Position numbers and translations under genes: made by a program. From Eledone cirrhosa (taxonomy: Eukaryota), in contig OZ024741.1 of the NCBI GenBank assembly GCA_964016885.1, forward strand, positions 118,854,001 through 118,918,000: a stretch of 64,000 nt of DNA, written 5' to 3'. The notes beneath the pieces are model-generated. The model saw nothing but the letters and a program-made list of their open reading frames with translations, ran no database searches and was not told the DNA's origin. This document shows, in pieces, positions 1-11,201 of this stretch; position 1 is the stretch's first letter; each line of letters opens with the position of its first letter.

Positions 1-184
1 CGTTGCTCCAGTATACTCAGCTGAAAATGAGTACCAGCAATAGCTGGAGGTTTAACCCTGCAATGGACTGGCGTCCTGTCCAGGGGGGAGTTTTGTACTA
101 TCAGTCGCTTCACATAATGAAACCGGGATAAGCACCGGCCAAATGAGCCTTCTGACTTAAAACAGACTTTAGACTTTAGACTTG
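1..184 (+). mobile_element. 3' part of a CORE-type SINE with a V-domain-like segment, truncated by the window start
   Basis: Begins CGTTGCTCCAGT-ACTCAG-GAAAATGAGT, the same motif that follows the CORE segment in the copy at 6270-6617. Contains TGGACTGGCGTCCTGTCCAGGGG and ends in a short tandem tail (AGACTTT)x3. Confidence 0.55.
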
Positions 185-576
185 CAGACGATAGACGGAA
201 CTGGAGTAAAATCTAAAATGGCTGCCATAGAGATGAATGATTAAGATTAGAAGTTAACCGCATCTGATGAGTACACTCTCTGCAGGAAGTCTACCCATAT
301 AATTACGTTGTGAGGGATTGGAACAAACTCCTAAAAGACACCGGAGTAAATACTGAACCTTAGTGTCATTTTCTGATCACTTTACCACAGTTCGCCATCT
401 CTTTTTACACCTTTCTCTCTTCCATTCCCACTGATTCTCTGTCACTATATGTACGTGTGTACACATATCTACATGTATAGGTATGTGCGTGTATACACAC
501 ATACAGACACACACACGTACATATAGTACGTATAAGTGTGTGTATAAACATAAATGTACGGGTGTATGCCTGTATG

Positions 577-613
<37 letters not shown>

Positions 614-615
<2 letters not shown>

Positions 616-797
616 CGAAGGAAATGTGGTAAGGAACCAGGTGGACCATAACGCACCAAAGTACTCAATACTTAGGGTAGTAGAGTGGGTAATAGGAACG
701 AGTAGGACCCCGACGGCTGAGCTCAACCCGTTTCGACGGCTAGTTCTGAACTAGCCGTCGAAACGGGTTGAACTCAGCCGTCGGGGTCCTACTCGTT

Positions 798-802
<5 letters not shown>
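614..802 (-). mobile_element. (TA)n-embedded fold-back cassette, probable Penelope-like 3' remnant, copy 1
   Basis: 55-bp inverted arms span 692-802, centred on 747, with one mismatch. (TA)n lies on both sides. A homologous reverse-complement copy is at 32651-32841. Confidence 0.7.
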
Positions 803-876
<74 letters not shown>

Positions 877-880
<4 letters not shown>

Positions 881-1348
881 ATAGTTGGGGAGGGTCATAT
901 TGTTGTAATAATATTGCCAGAATTAATAACAGAACACACTCACTCCTTGGTTGGTTTTCGCTTCTGTATCTTTTATATTAGTTAATTTATTCGGTCCTCA
1001 AGGTTTATAATATATATATTTATAATATATACATGATATACCTCTAAATGTTGTATAGTGTTCAAAAATACTTAGTTATTAGTAGTGAAACTTTCCATAA
1101 TCACTAAACTTTTACAAGCATTATGTATATATATTTCAGTGCAGAAGTAAATGATAAAGTAGAAAATCAAACTTTCCAGTTGTTGTCTTCCTGTTTCTTC
1201 TACAACAACTACAACGGTACGCGATGGGGCCCACCCACAGCCCCGGCGGACAGACTGGAGAAGGCGTTTCCCCGGAGGGCGGCAAGGGAGACGCGCTGGA
1301 AAACACACTCCAACTAGCGGGGCTCACACCTGCGGCTGACCAGCTACA
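877..1348 (-). mobile_element. Possible solo LTR
   Basis: Non-repetitive ~470-bp block between microsatellites with TGT...ACA termini and a minus-strand AATAAA near 985. No clear target-site duplication (TSD). Confidence 0.35.
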
Positions 1349-1373
1349 TGTCTATATCTATCTATCTACCTCC

Positions 1374-1465
<92 letters not shown>

Positions 1466-2462
1466 TCAATACATTAACAGAGAAAGCCTTAAGCTTTACT
1501 CTGGCTGGCTACCATCTCACTCAACAAACATTAGGATATACCTTAGTATAATCCCAATTATATGTTTGGGGTGCTAACTATATGTATTTTGTGGAAAGCC
1601 AGTTGTATTATTTTATATGAGATACAATTAAAATTAAAATATATCTCTCTTTCCAAACAATTGTTTCATTATAAGTTTTTTACAAGTTGGGAGAATGTAT
1701 CCGGGTTATGTAAAAGCCAACATATTTTTCTGTAAGAACATATGCAGGTAGGCACTTATAAATCATCAGTGGATGCCCGTCAAACATTGATATAAGAAAA
1801 AATTCCTTACCGATGTCATTTTTTGTGTCAGCTAATCATCCCTCCACGCATCATAATGACCGCCAAATTTGAAATTCCAGCAGTCTCAGAATGAGGAATT
1901 TCACAGCGTCACGAAGCGGAAAAGGGAGGCAATCGCGAAACACAAGAAAGTAAAATAATATACACGTGGGTGAATTAAATTTTTTCAACAATTTTAACCC
2001 TGCGTGTTAAGAACTCAATTAAATTTAAAAAAAATAAATGTATGCATGTATTAATTATACACGCATATAGATATTTTCTTAGGCTAAAAACAGAGATATG
2101 ATACCAAAATAACAATCAATATTTCATAACAATAGTAAATACGGAAAGTTACGCTTAAAAGGTATCTGGAAAAATTTATCTCTGGCCAAATCAAGAGTAA
2201 AATATTCAATACATTAACAGAGAAAGCCTTAAGCTTTACTCTGGCTGGCTACCATCTCACTCAACAAACATTAGGATATACCTTAGTATAATCCCAATTA
2301 TATGTTTGGGGTGCTAACTATATGTATTTTGTGGAAAGCCAGTTGTATTATTTTATATGAGATACAATTAAAATTAAAATATATATCTCTCTTTCCAAAC
2401 AATTGTTTCATTATAAGTTTTTTACAAGTTGGGAGAATGTATCCGGGTTATGTAAAAGCCAA
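1466..2462 (+). mobile_element. Non-autonomous Penelope-like element with ~255-bp direct terminal repeats (740-bp period)
   Basis: 1466-1720 and 2206-2462 are identical apart from one 2-bp TA indel. The repeat start translates as YINRESLKLYSGWLP, resembling the NRDxGxxLxxxWxP C-terminus of Penelope GIY-YIG ORFs. Flanked by TA-rich tracts. Confidence 0.65.
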
Positions 2463-2544
2463 TATATATTTATAATATATATATGATATATAATGTAGAT
2501 ATCTATATATAACATACCTAAATATATATATATATATAAGACAA

Positions 2545-2778
2545 TGTCACTGGACTGAGAGCTTTGACACTACGCAGTAATACAGAAGACCCGCCTTGCC
2601 TATGTACAAAACGAAACCTACAGTCAGTAGGCACCTCTTAACCAAATATATACCCCATCCCACTGCCCCTACTACACCCCAGCCCCCACTTCCACCAACA
2701 CCACCCTTTCTCTGTAAAGTTATGTTGGTACCACAACATCCAGTCCAAAATAAACGAGGTCGTGTAGGTGTCACGACA
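2545..2778 (+). mobile_element. Possible short solo LTR
   Basis: TGTC...GACA termini, internal TATATA (~2646) and AATAAA (~2749). No convincing TSD. Confidence 0.3.
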
Positions 2779-2819
2779 TAAACCTCACAGTCCACGCTGT
2801 AATGTGGCCGTGTAGGTAA

Positions 2820-3021
2820 CACGGTAAAAACCTCCCAGTTCCACACTGTAAACGTGGTTGGTGTAAGGAAAGGCATCCAGCCGTAGTAAACCTATCAGAC
2901 AGCCCTACACGAGCAAGACATGGTCACCCGACCAATCTTGCCTCAAGTAGGACAATTCCCGTCTAAACTCATGCTAGCGTGGAAGATAGACGTTAAACGT
3001 TGATGATGATGATGGTGATGA
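2820..3021 (+). mobile_element. 3' portion of a SINE with an RTE-type tail
   Basis: GTGGTTGGTGTAAGGAAAGGCATCCAGCCGTAG motif, and a terminus GGAAGATAGACGTTAAACG followed by (TGA)n. Confidence 0.55.
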
Positions 3022-3662
3022 TATATATATATATACGCAAATGCAGAAAGAGATAAGTACATGAAATAACACACACATGCACAGAAACACGCAGACACAT
3101 ACACAGAAACACACATACATACATACATACATACAAGTACAATCCATTATTGGAACAGTAAAAATATGTAAGACATTCCAAAGATTTTGCATCTAATAAC
3201 TGCATATACACATGTACAGATGCAAAGCATATACACATGCACACATACAACTCAAAACATACACATCCACACATACAATAACATCCATATCTACACATGC
3301 ATGCATACATACATATCTACCTAGTTGATGTGTAAATTCCAATGAGAGAGTCTTGTGTCTATATGTTAGAAACCGACTCTCTCTCTATTGGTAAAACTTT
3401 GTGAAATTATAAAACCAGAAGAACATAGATACATATAGACACAACTTAGTAGAATGTGGGCATAATAGACCAGACATAATGATCTGGCACATAATGACCG
3501 GGAGCCGAATACCCTAGCAACTACCCCCACGCGACTTCACACACAACCATTAAACAACAACTGTCCATGAGTGCAAGGTCCATTAGTTCCAAACTGTTAA
3601 ATGTACGTGACGACCTTACAAGTTTCAAAAAAGCGACGAACCTTAATCAATGGTTACGCGCA

Positions 3663-3748
<86 letters not shown>

Positions 3749-3774
3749 ATATATATATATATATGTATGTATAT

Positions 3775-3808
<34 letters not shown>

Positions 3809-3893
3809 AGCGGGAGAGCTAGAAAGAGAGAGAGAGAGAGCTAGAGAGAGTGGGGAGATACAAACACACACGCACATACGCGCGCATACACAC

Positions 3894-3944
<51 letters not shown>

Positions 3945-4003
3945 GCTGATGGGTGTTTTGAATTGGAGGAAGAGGAGGTAATTGCCACTGGAGTGGAAAG
4001 CTA

Positions 4004-4054
<51 letters not shown>

Positions 4055-4203
4055 AATGCATGTGTATGCGAGCGTGTGTATGTGTATGTCTGTATATGTA
4101 GGAATACAATGTATGTGTGGCGTGGGGGAGGGGTATGCGATAATAATGTATGTAGCTAATGAAAGGACGCGTATTTACGTATTTTGTTTACAATGTAGTA
4201 GAG

Positions 4204-4330
4204 TCGGAGTGGCTGGAACGTTTGATAGAATGCTTTGTGGTGTTCATTTCGATTGTCTGCGATCTCAGTTCAAATCTCGCTAAGTTCAATTCAGCCTTTA
4301 GTAATCGATAAATAAAGTAGCAGTTAAGTA
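4204..4330 (+). mobile_element. Degenerate tRNA-derived SINE (Meta-domain family)
   Basis: B-box-like GTTCAAATCTC followed by GCCTTT...TCGATAAATAAAGTAGCAG, matching the family seen at 11582-11767. Confidence 0.5.
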
Positions 4331-4402
4331 TTGTGGGGGGGGGGGGGGGTGATCAGCTCTTCCTGTATATCTCTTACTTATTCATGCACACACACACACA
4401 CA

Positions 4403-4474
<72 letters not shown>

Positions 4475-4524
4475 TTGTGTATAATGGTAGCTTGAGTGAT
4501 AATATATGCTCCGAACGAACTAGC

Positions 4525-4615
4525 CGTGTCTGAAGGAACCTGCAGCCGTAGAATCAGCCAGATCCATACAGGGACCATGTCTCGAGCTACCTGCCGGCAA
4601 AACAATTGTAACACG
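4525..4615 (+). ncRNA. Variant or decayed type I hammerhead ribozyme motif in a TA-flanked cassette
   Basis: Stem I CGTGT/ACACG, core CTGAAGG(A), AAAA in place of GAAA, palindromic stem III ACAATTGT, UA at the cleavage position, and AATAAA immediately downstream. Confidence 0.5.
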
Positions 4616-4672
4616 CAATAAATTGAGTCCAGATGCATCACTGAATTTTCGTTTGCTTTATACTATATATAC

Positions 4673-4707
<35 letters not shown>

Positions 4708-4823
4708 GTGTTGAAGCGAATAACTATGTGTATACTCTCAGAATGTATCTTACATTGCCCATGGGGTACGCTGAGATACAACCGGTCCTGGCATTGATAA
4801 ATATGCTGGGTCCGTCAACTCCT

Positions 4824-4860
<37 letters not shown>

Positions 4861-4992
4861 TTCTCTGAAAGACCTGGAGAGTGTATGAACCCCGCCATTT
4901 TAAAATTCGGAAGACACTGTATGTCATGACGGAGGTCTTTCGATTCGACCCGGTTTGTGACATCGCATTAGAGTGGAGGGCTGGAGACTGCA

Positions 4993-5054
4993 CTACAACC
5001 CGGTTTCGACTGTCTGTTAAATCGATTTCATTGTGGCATCCTAAGGAGTTGTAG
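4993..5054 (-). ncRNA. Decayed hammerhead ribozyme remnant lacking the cleavage site
   Basis: Minus strand reads CTACAAC-TC-CTTAGGA...GTC-GAAA-CCGG-GTTGTAG, with a 7-bp stem I. The expected TC-GA after CCGG is absent. Confidence 0.45.
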
Positions 5055-5084
5055 CGTCCAACAGACATGTATAACTCCAATAAC

Positions 5085-5182
5085 ACTTCATGTCGTGTAA
5101 TGTTATTGGAGTCTGTGTTCAAATCCGACCAGCTTTGCTTTTCGTCCCTTCCAGGGTCGATAAATAAATTACCAATGAAGTA
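5085..5182 (+). mobile_element. Degenerate tRNA-derived SINE (Meta-domain family)
   Basis: GTTCAAATCC...CTTTGCTTTTCGTCCCTTCCAGGGTCGATAAATAAATTACCA. Confidence 0.55.
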
Positions 5183-5321
5183 CTATCGTAGATTCCCCCT
5201 CCCCAACTCTACTCTCTTGTTCTCCCTATTTCTGCAAATCCCTACCTTGTTCTCCAAATCCTCCCCCGTCTCTCCCGTTCCCTCTATCCCTTTTACTCTT
5301 CTCCTTCGCTTTCTCTCTCTC

Positions 5322-5360
<39 letters not shown>

Positions 5361-5423
5361 CCTTTCTGTCTCTCCTTCCCTCTCTCTTTCTCCCTTTCTA
5401 TTCCCGATCTTTCTCCGTGTCTC

Positions 5424-5481
<58 letters not shown>

Positions 5482-5657
5482 TGCAAATAAATGAATGTTT
5501 TTCTGTTGTACTCAAAGACGTAAGTGCATTCATTAAACTATTCTGTGGAAAACTTTGTCTATTTTGTGAAAATATATTTAACAATGTCTAACGTTCCATA
5601 AGTCCCATTTTCACACCAGTACACACGTCTTACCTCTTTCTTTACACCAACTTCCTC

Positions 5658-5727
<70 letters not shown>

Positions 5728-5753
5728 GTATATACATATATACATATATTCAT

Positions 5754-5879
<126 letters not shown>

Positions 5880-5882
5880 ATG

Positions 5883-5925
<43 letters not shown>

Positions 5926-5927
5926 GT

Positions 5928-6007
<80 letters not shown>

Positions 6008-6269
6008 TTCGAGAAAACTGTCTGGCACGGACGATTACAAGATCTCTTAATTCTGGGGTCGGGTCTGACCTATATAGATTTTTTCTTTTAGCCCGAGGGG
6101 TGCAAAGTAAAGCTGTTTGTGTCGTTGCTACTATTGGTACATATCGCTATAGCTACTGTTGTTGTTACGATTGTTACTCTTGTTGTTGTTGTTGTTGTTG
6201 GGGTTTTGGTTTTGCTCCGAGTCTCTGTGCATTACCAAAGGTTTTGTAGTCGTAAATATAACCAACTCT

Positions 6270-6617
6270 TTTAAATGCCGTCAAAATCCCTCATCTCATG
6301 GCACTTCGTCGGTTACGACGACGAGTGTTCCAGTTGATGCGATCAACGGAACAACCTGCTCGTGAAATGAATGTGCAACTGGCTGAACATTCCACAGACA
6401 CGTGTACCCTTAACGTAGTTAGTTCTCAGGGAGATTCAGCGTGACACAGAATGTGGCAAGGCTGGCTCTTCAAATTACATGTACAACTCATTTTTTCCCT
6501 CTGAGTGGACTGGAGCAACGTGGAATAAAGTATCTTGCTGAAGGACACAACACACAACACGCTGCCGGGAATCGAACTCACGACTTATGATTGTGAGCTG
6601 AATACCGCAAAACCACG
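6270..6617 (-). mobile_element. tRNA-derived CORE-SINE with a Nin/Deu-like domain
   Basis: Minus strand has a tRNA-like head with B box GAGTTCGATTCCC, CORE-like TGTGTCCTTCAGCAAGATACTTTA, and downstream TTCACGAGCAGGTTGTTCCGTTGATC. Confidence 0.7.
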
Positions 6618-6777
6618 CGTCATCAAAAAATATATATCCAATATTACTACAGTATCCTTTCTGTTCCAAAGATCCTAAGGTGAAATATGGATTTAAGTAT
6701 GTACATGTGTATATATGTGTATATTTACGTGTGTATATATGTATGTGTGCAATGTATGTATGTATATATGTGTATAT

Positions 6778-7240
6778 ATAACCAAGTATACAACCTGTCT
6801 CATGGTCGGGTCGCCGGTGACTAAACCGGCAACTCCACCAAGCTTGCTTGGTGAGGAGGGTGATGTTTGGACACCCTGCGGGATGAAATACAAGACTCGG
6901 CAAAGGACGGAGGAACTCAGCAGAGTCAATGGCCATCCAAATAGGACTTTTTCTTTTCTTTTTTTTTCACCCGGGAGTGAAAGGCACCCAGTTGTTGTCA
7001 CAACGCCTTTCTAAGAGAGGGAAACTCTGAAAAAAAGCAAAACAAAAAAAACTTGCGGCTTCGGAAGCATCCGATGATTTTGACTAGTTCTCCTTTTCGG
7101 GTAGTGTTTTCGATGCTCAGAAAGTGGGATTGGTCGAGTGCAAGGCCTTTCCCAACTTAAAAAAAAACCTTCAAAGCACAGGCATTGCTTGTTCAGGATC
7201 TGTTACAGGTTCGTGTGGCTGGCCGTAGCTTAAATCTGAC
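6778..7240 (+). mobile_element. Structured repeat, probably the 5' UTR region of an RTE-type LINE
   Basis: GC-richer hairpin-forming block (CCGG...CCGG; CACCAAG-CTTG-CTTGGTG; GAGGGTG...CACCCT). A diverged inverted homologue is at 60560-60715. Confidence 0.45.
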
Positions 7241-7552
7241 AAGCGATTGCAATACTCTTAGCAGAGTTTGCAGCCATCATATATGTGTATACGTCTGTGT
7301 GGATATATTTATGTGTTCATGTATGTATGCATGTGTGCTTATATGTATGTATGTATGTATGTATGTATCTATGTATCTATGGATGGATGGATGTGTATTT
7401 GTTGTAGATGATGCGATTGTTTAATGACATGTAAGAAGTTGGTGTGCTACATGTTTGTAACTAGTAAATAATTTCAGTTGACACACATTGCATGTTTCAC
7501 TCAGAATTTGACACTTGCATGATGAGGGAGAGAGAATATCGCCTTAAGACAC

Positions 7553-7598
<46 letters not shown>

Positions 7599-7689
7599 AC
7601 ACACCTACACAAACACACACGTACACATACACACACACACAAACACACACACACACAAGTGAAACAAAAATTGAAAGAAAAAAAACTCT

Positions 7690-8100
7690 GCCACAAAATG
7701 AATCACAACCGGCCTGACATTCTTGTTCGGTACTACAGATGGAAAGCATGCTCTGTTGTAAAAGTCAATTGCCCATTCGATGTTAATGTAGTAAGAAAGA
7801 TACAAGGGAATAAGGATCTATTAGCCAAAATTGCCGATTCAGTACCCAAAATGTTTCATATTTATAATTACGGGAGCTATAGGATATATACCAACCCGCC
7901 TTAAAAAAAGTATGACTGAACTTGGGTTTGTGAAGAATCAACGCAGTTTCTTAAAAGTAACAGAGGGCCACGATATCTGAAACACTTTTAGGATTCAAAG
8001 GATGAAGAATTGCACAAAGCACGACGGAAAATTACTTTTTATTTTTTTATTTTTTTACAACCTTGCCGCCGTGAAGGTGGCCGGTCAAAAATAAGCCCAA
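7690..8100 (+). mobile_element. 3' fragment of an RLE-type (R4/Dong-like) non-LTR retrotransposon, pseudogenised
   Basis: HNRPDILV...C...V.CPFDVNV..K matches the PD-(D/E)xK restriction-like endonuclease motif. After a frameshift, 7861-7929 reads FIITGAIGYIPTRLKKSMTELGF, matching the GALG motif at the C-terminus of such ORFs. Confidence 0.75.
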
Positions 8101-8283
8101 AATTAAGAAAAATATAAACACAAATACACAAACATACATGCACACTCACACATATTACCACCTACTTAGAATAAAAGGAAGGGGAGATAATTGCGGAAGT
8201 TTTATTCATTAAAATTACACCCGTGGTGAGGAGAAGAAACATTAGCTTAATGCTTAATTCTGGTGAAGAAAAGCCAAAAAAAT

Positions 8284-8655
8284 ATTGATTTCTGATTTAG
8301 GCACAAGGCTAACAATTTTGGGACAGATGAAAGTCGATTAAATCGACCCCAGTGCATTACTGGTACTTTATTTTACTAACCTCAGCAGGATTTGAACTTA
8401 GATCGTAAAGGGGCGTAATTCTATGCCATAAAGCATGTTGTCCGACACTCTACCGATACTGCAAATCCACCGCCCTGGAAAAGCAGGAAATATTGATTTC
8501 TTATTTCGATACAAGGCCAGAAATTTTAAGTAGGGTTATAATCAAGTGAACAAACGCCCCGCCCACCTTCTAAAACATGTCAGGTGGTTATTTGATCGAC
8601 TCCGAAGAAATAAAAGGCAAATAAAATCGTTGCTGTAATTTGAACTCAGAACGTT
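8284..8655 (-). mobile_element. Two tandem Meta-domain SINE copies (8284-8475 and 8491-8655)
   Basis: Reverse complement of the family head GGCGGTGGATTTGCAGTATCGGTAGAG, B box, and tail GCCTTGTGCCTAAATCAGAAATCAAT. Confidence 0.7.
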
Positions 8656-8819
8656 GAGTTAAATATTGAAAGATATATAATTAACATTAATTTACACGGT
8701 GTGATTCAAAATATAGACGCATATGGATCAATATACAATATGTTTATGTATAATAAACATATATATAGTTTTTCTGTTTATTCTTTAACTCTTAACTCTC
8801 CTGTAATGATTTAGCAGCA

Positions 8820-9245
8820 AATATCTAAGAACGGGTTTGTTAATTCAAATGTTTACAGTATATTTACTAGTGAACCAATTGTGAAAATTTGTACTATTAG
8901 AGTAAAGATTTAAAAACGGGCTTGTTAATTCAAATGTTTAAAGTAAATTTGCTGATGAACAAATTGTGAAAATTTTCAAAATAAGAGTAAATGTCTGGAA
9001 AAAGGGTTTGTTAAGTCAAATGTTTATAGTATATTTACTAGTGAACAAATTGTGAAAATGTGCAGTATTAGATTTAAAAACGGGTTCGTTAATTCAAATT
9101 TTTATAGTATATTTACTAGTGAACACATTTTTGTGAAAATGTGCAGTATGAGAGTAAATATCTAAAAAAACGGGTTTGTTAATTCGAATGTTTATAGTAA
9201 ATTTACCGGTGAACAAATTGTGAAATTTGCAGTATTAGAGTAAAT
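8820..9245. repeat. ~86-bp minisatellite, about 5 diverged copies
   Basis: AAAACGGGTTTGTTAATTCAAATGTTTA...GTGAACAAATTGTGAAAAT...AGAGTAAA recurs near 8829, 8914, 9000, 9078 and 9168. Confidence 0.85.
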
Positions 9246-10075
9246 ACTTTAATTTTCAATATGATCCAGTCATAGTGCTATTTTTGTCTTTTCAATATTG
9301 TCTTGTTGATGTAGTTTCATGTGGTAAAGGACGTTAAGAGGTAGGTTGTGATTAGATCACAGCTACCTCAGTGACGATGTAAGGTCGCTGTATACATTAT
9401 CCTTCATCATCAGGTGCAAACTTCAAGATACGAGGCACGAAGGACCTGATTGTCTTATAGATTTAGTCAAATACTATAGCATTTCTACAACATCCCTCTT
9501 TCCACACAACCACCTTTCCCTATAAACAAATTATTAACGAGAATAAATATATTACAACTAATTACAAACTTAAATGGTTTCGTAGAGGAAACAGAGTTTC
9601 ACAAGTCACGGCCACATTTGCATCAGAAGGATTACACACACACACACACGCGCACACATACACGTTTATAGATATATATACACGTTTATAGATATATATA
9701 TTAGGGAGAGACAGAAACATACGTACGTATGGTGGAAGGTAAGGGTGATGCCTAAGTAAACATAACAAATGTGTGTTATTTTACAACAGAATGTACTGAC
9801 CTCGGAATCGGCAGCTATTTATAGCAACTGTGAGCTTAAGCTTGGCGTATAATATTGTATAAAGCAGACGATAATGAAAAATACTCTCTCAAAAAAAAAA
9901 AAAAAGTGGGGACTGATAAAAATGATAAAATAAAAATAGGACGAAAAGCGGGGGAAATAAAATAAAATATGGAAATGGATGAGAGTTTTAAAAATATGAA
10001 AAGCGGACATGACTGAAAAAAGTAATCAAACAAACCGAAAAATGATTTCAAGGGAGAAGGTAAAAGATATAGAAA

Positions 10076-10261
10076 TAATTGTTTCTACTTTTGGCACAAG
10101 GCCAGCAATTACCCAGTGCATTACTGGTACTTTATTTTATCGACCCCGTAAGGATGAAAGGCAAAGTCAACCTCGGCGGGATTTGAACTCAGATCGTAAA
10201 GGGACGTAACTATGCTGGAAAGCATGGCGACGACCCTCTACCGATACTGACAATCCACCGG
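10076..10261 (-). mobile_element. Meta-domain tRNA-derived SINE, near full length
   Basis: Close reverse complement of 34894-35079. Confidence 0.85.
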
Positions 10262-10262
10262 T

Positions 10263-10985
10263 GAGAGAGAATGAAATAATGAAAGATAGAAGGAAAGACT
10301 GAAAGAGAGAAAGACCGGAATGAAATGGTGAGGAAGAAACAAATGTAAGAAATAGGAAAAGGAAGAGAATAAGGAAGAAAAACGAATGAAGGGAAGATAG
10401 AATAAAAGAAAGGAAGAGGTAACGCGAATGGAAAGAAAGGAAAATGAAGAAGAGGGGCTGTAAAAGAAATAAAAATAAAAATAAAAAATGGACGAAATTG
10501 GAAAAGGAAAGGAAGCATAGAAAAAGAAGATAAGAGAGGAAAGATGGGCAGGGACAAAGGAATGGTGAGAGAAAGGAAGAAAGAATGAATGGGAGGGAGG
10601 GAGTACGGAAGGAAGGGAGAGAGGGGAAGATGTTAGGAATGAAGAAAGGGAAGAGAGAAGAAAGGAAGGAAGGAAATGAGTGAATGTTATTTGATAGTGT
10701 GTGTGAGAGTGCGAGGGAGGGAGTGAGTGAAGAGTGGATGAGTGAAAGAGAGAGTGAGAGAGAGAGTGAGTGAGTGAAAGGGAGGGAGTGAAAGAGAGAA
10801 AGGGAAGAGGAGAGGGGAGATTGGAGAGGGGAGATTGGAGAGAGAGGAGAGAGAGGGTGAGAGAGAGGAGTGAGGAGAGAGAGGGTGAGAGAGAGGAGGA
10901 GTGAGATGAAGAGAAAGGGGAGAGAAAGAGGAGAGAGAAAAAGAGATGGGGGAGAAGGAGAGAGAGGGGGGAGAGAGAAGGGACA
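10263..10985. repeat. Polypurine (GA-rich) low-complexity tract
   Basis: About 700 bp almost entirely A/G on the plus strand. Confidence 0.85.
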
Positions 10986-11201
10986 AAGCGATCAAAACTA
11001 AAAAAAATCTGTCTGTGGCGATGTACTTTAAAGATGGCAGATATTTGCATTTTGCTGAAGAGGAGAAAGTAAGAAATTCGAAATTCATCTTTGTAATGTA
11101 TATAAAGAAGCCACACAGAACAAAACTCCTGAATAGCTTCTTTAATGTTGTATAAAGGAATGACAATAACATCTACAAAGATATCATAGTGAAATAAGCT
11201 A

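Noticed and set aside
4725-4795. GTATCT...AGATAC-AACCGGTC as a hammerhead remnant
   Set aside because: Both core boxes are absent or too decayed to support a call.
9300-9420. Minus-strand CTGATGA...GAAA with internal hairpins as another hammerhead
   Set aside because: The flanks cannot form stem I and stem III is not convincing.
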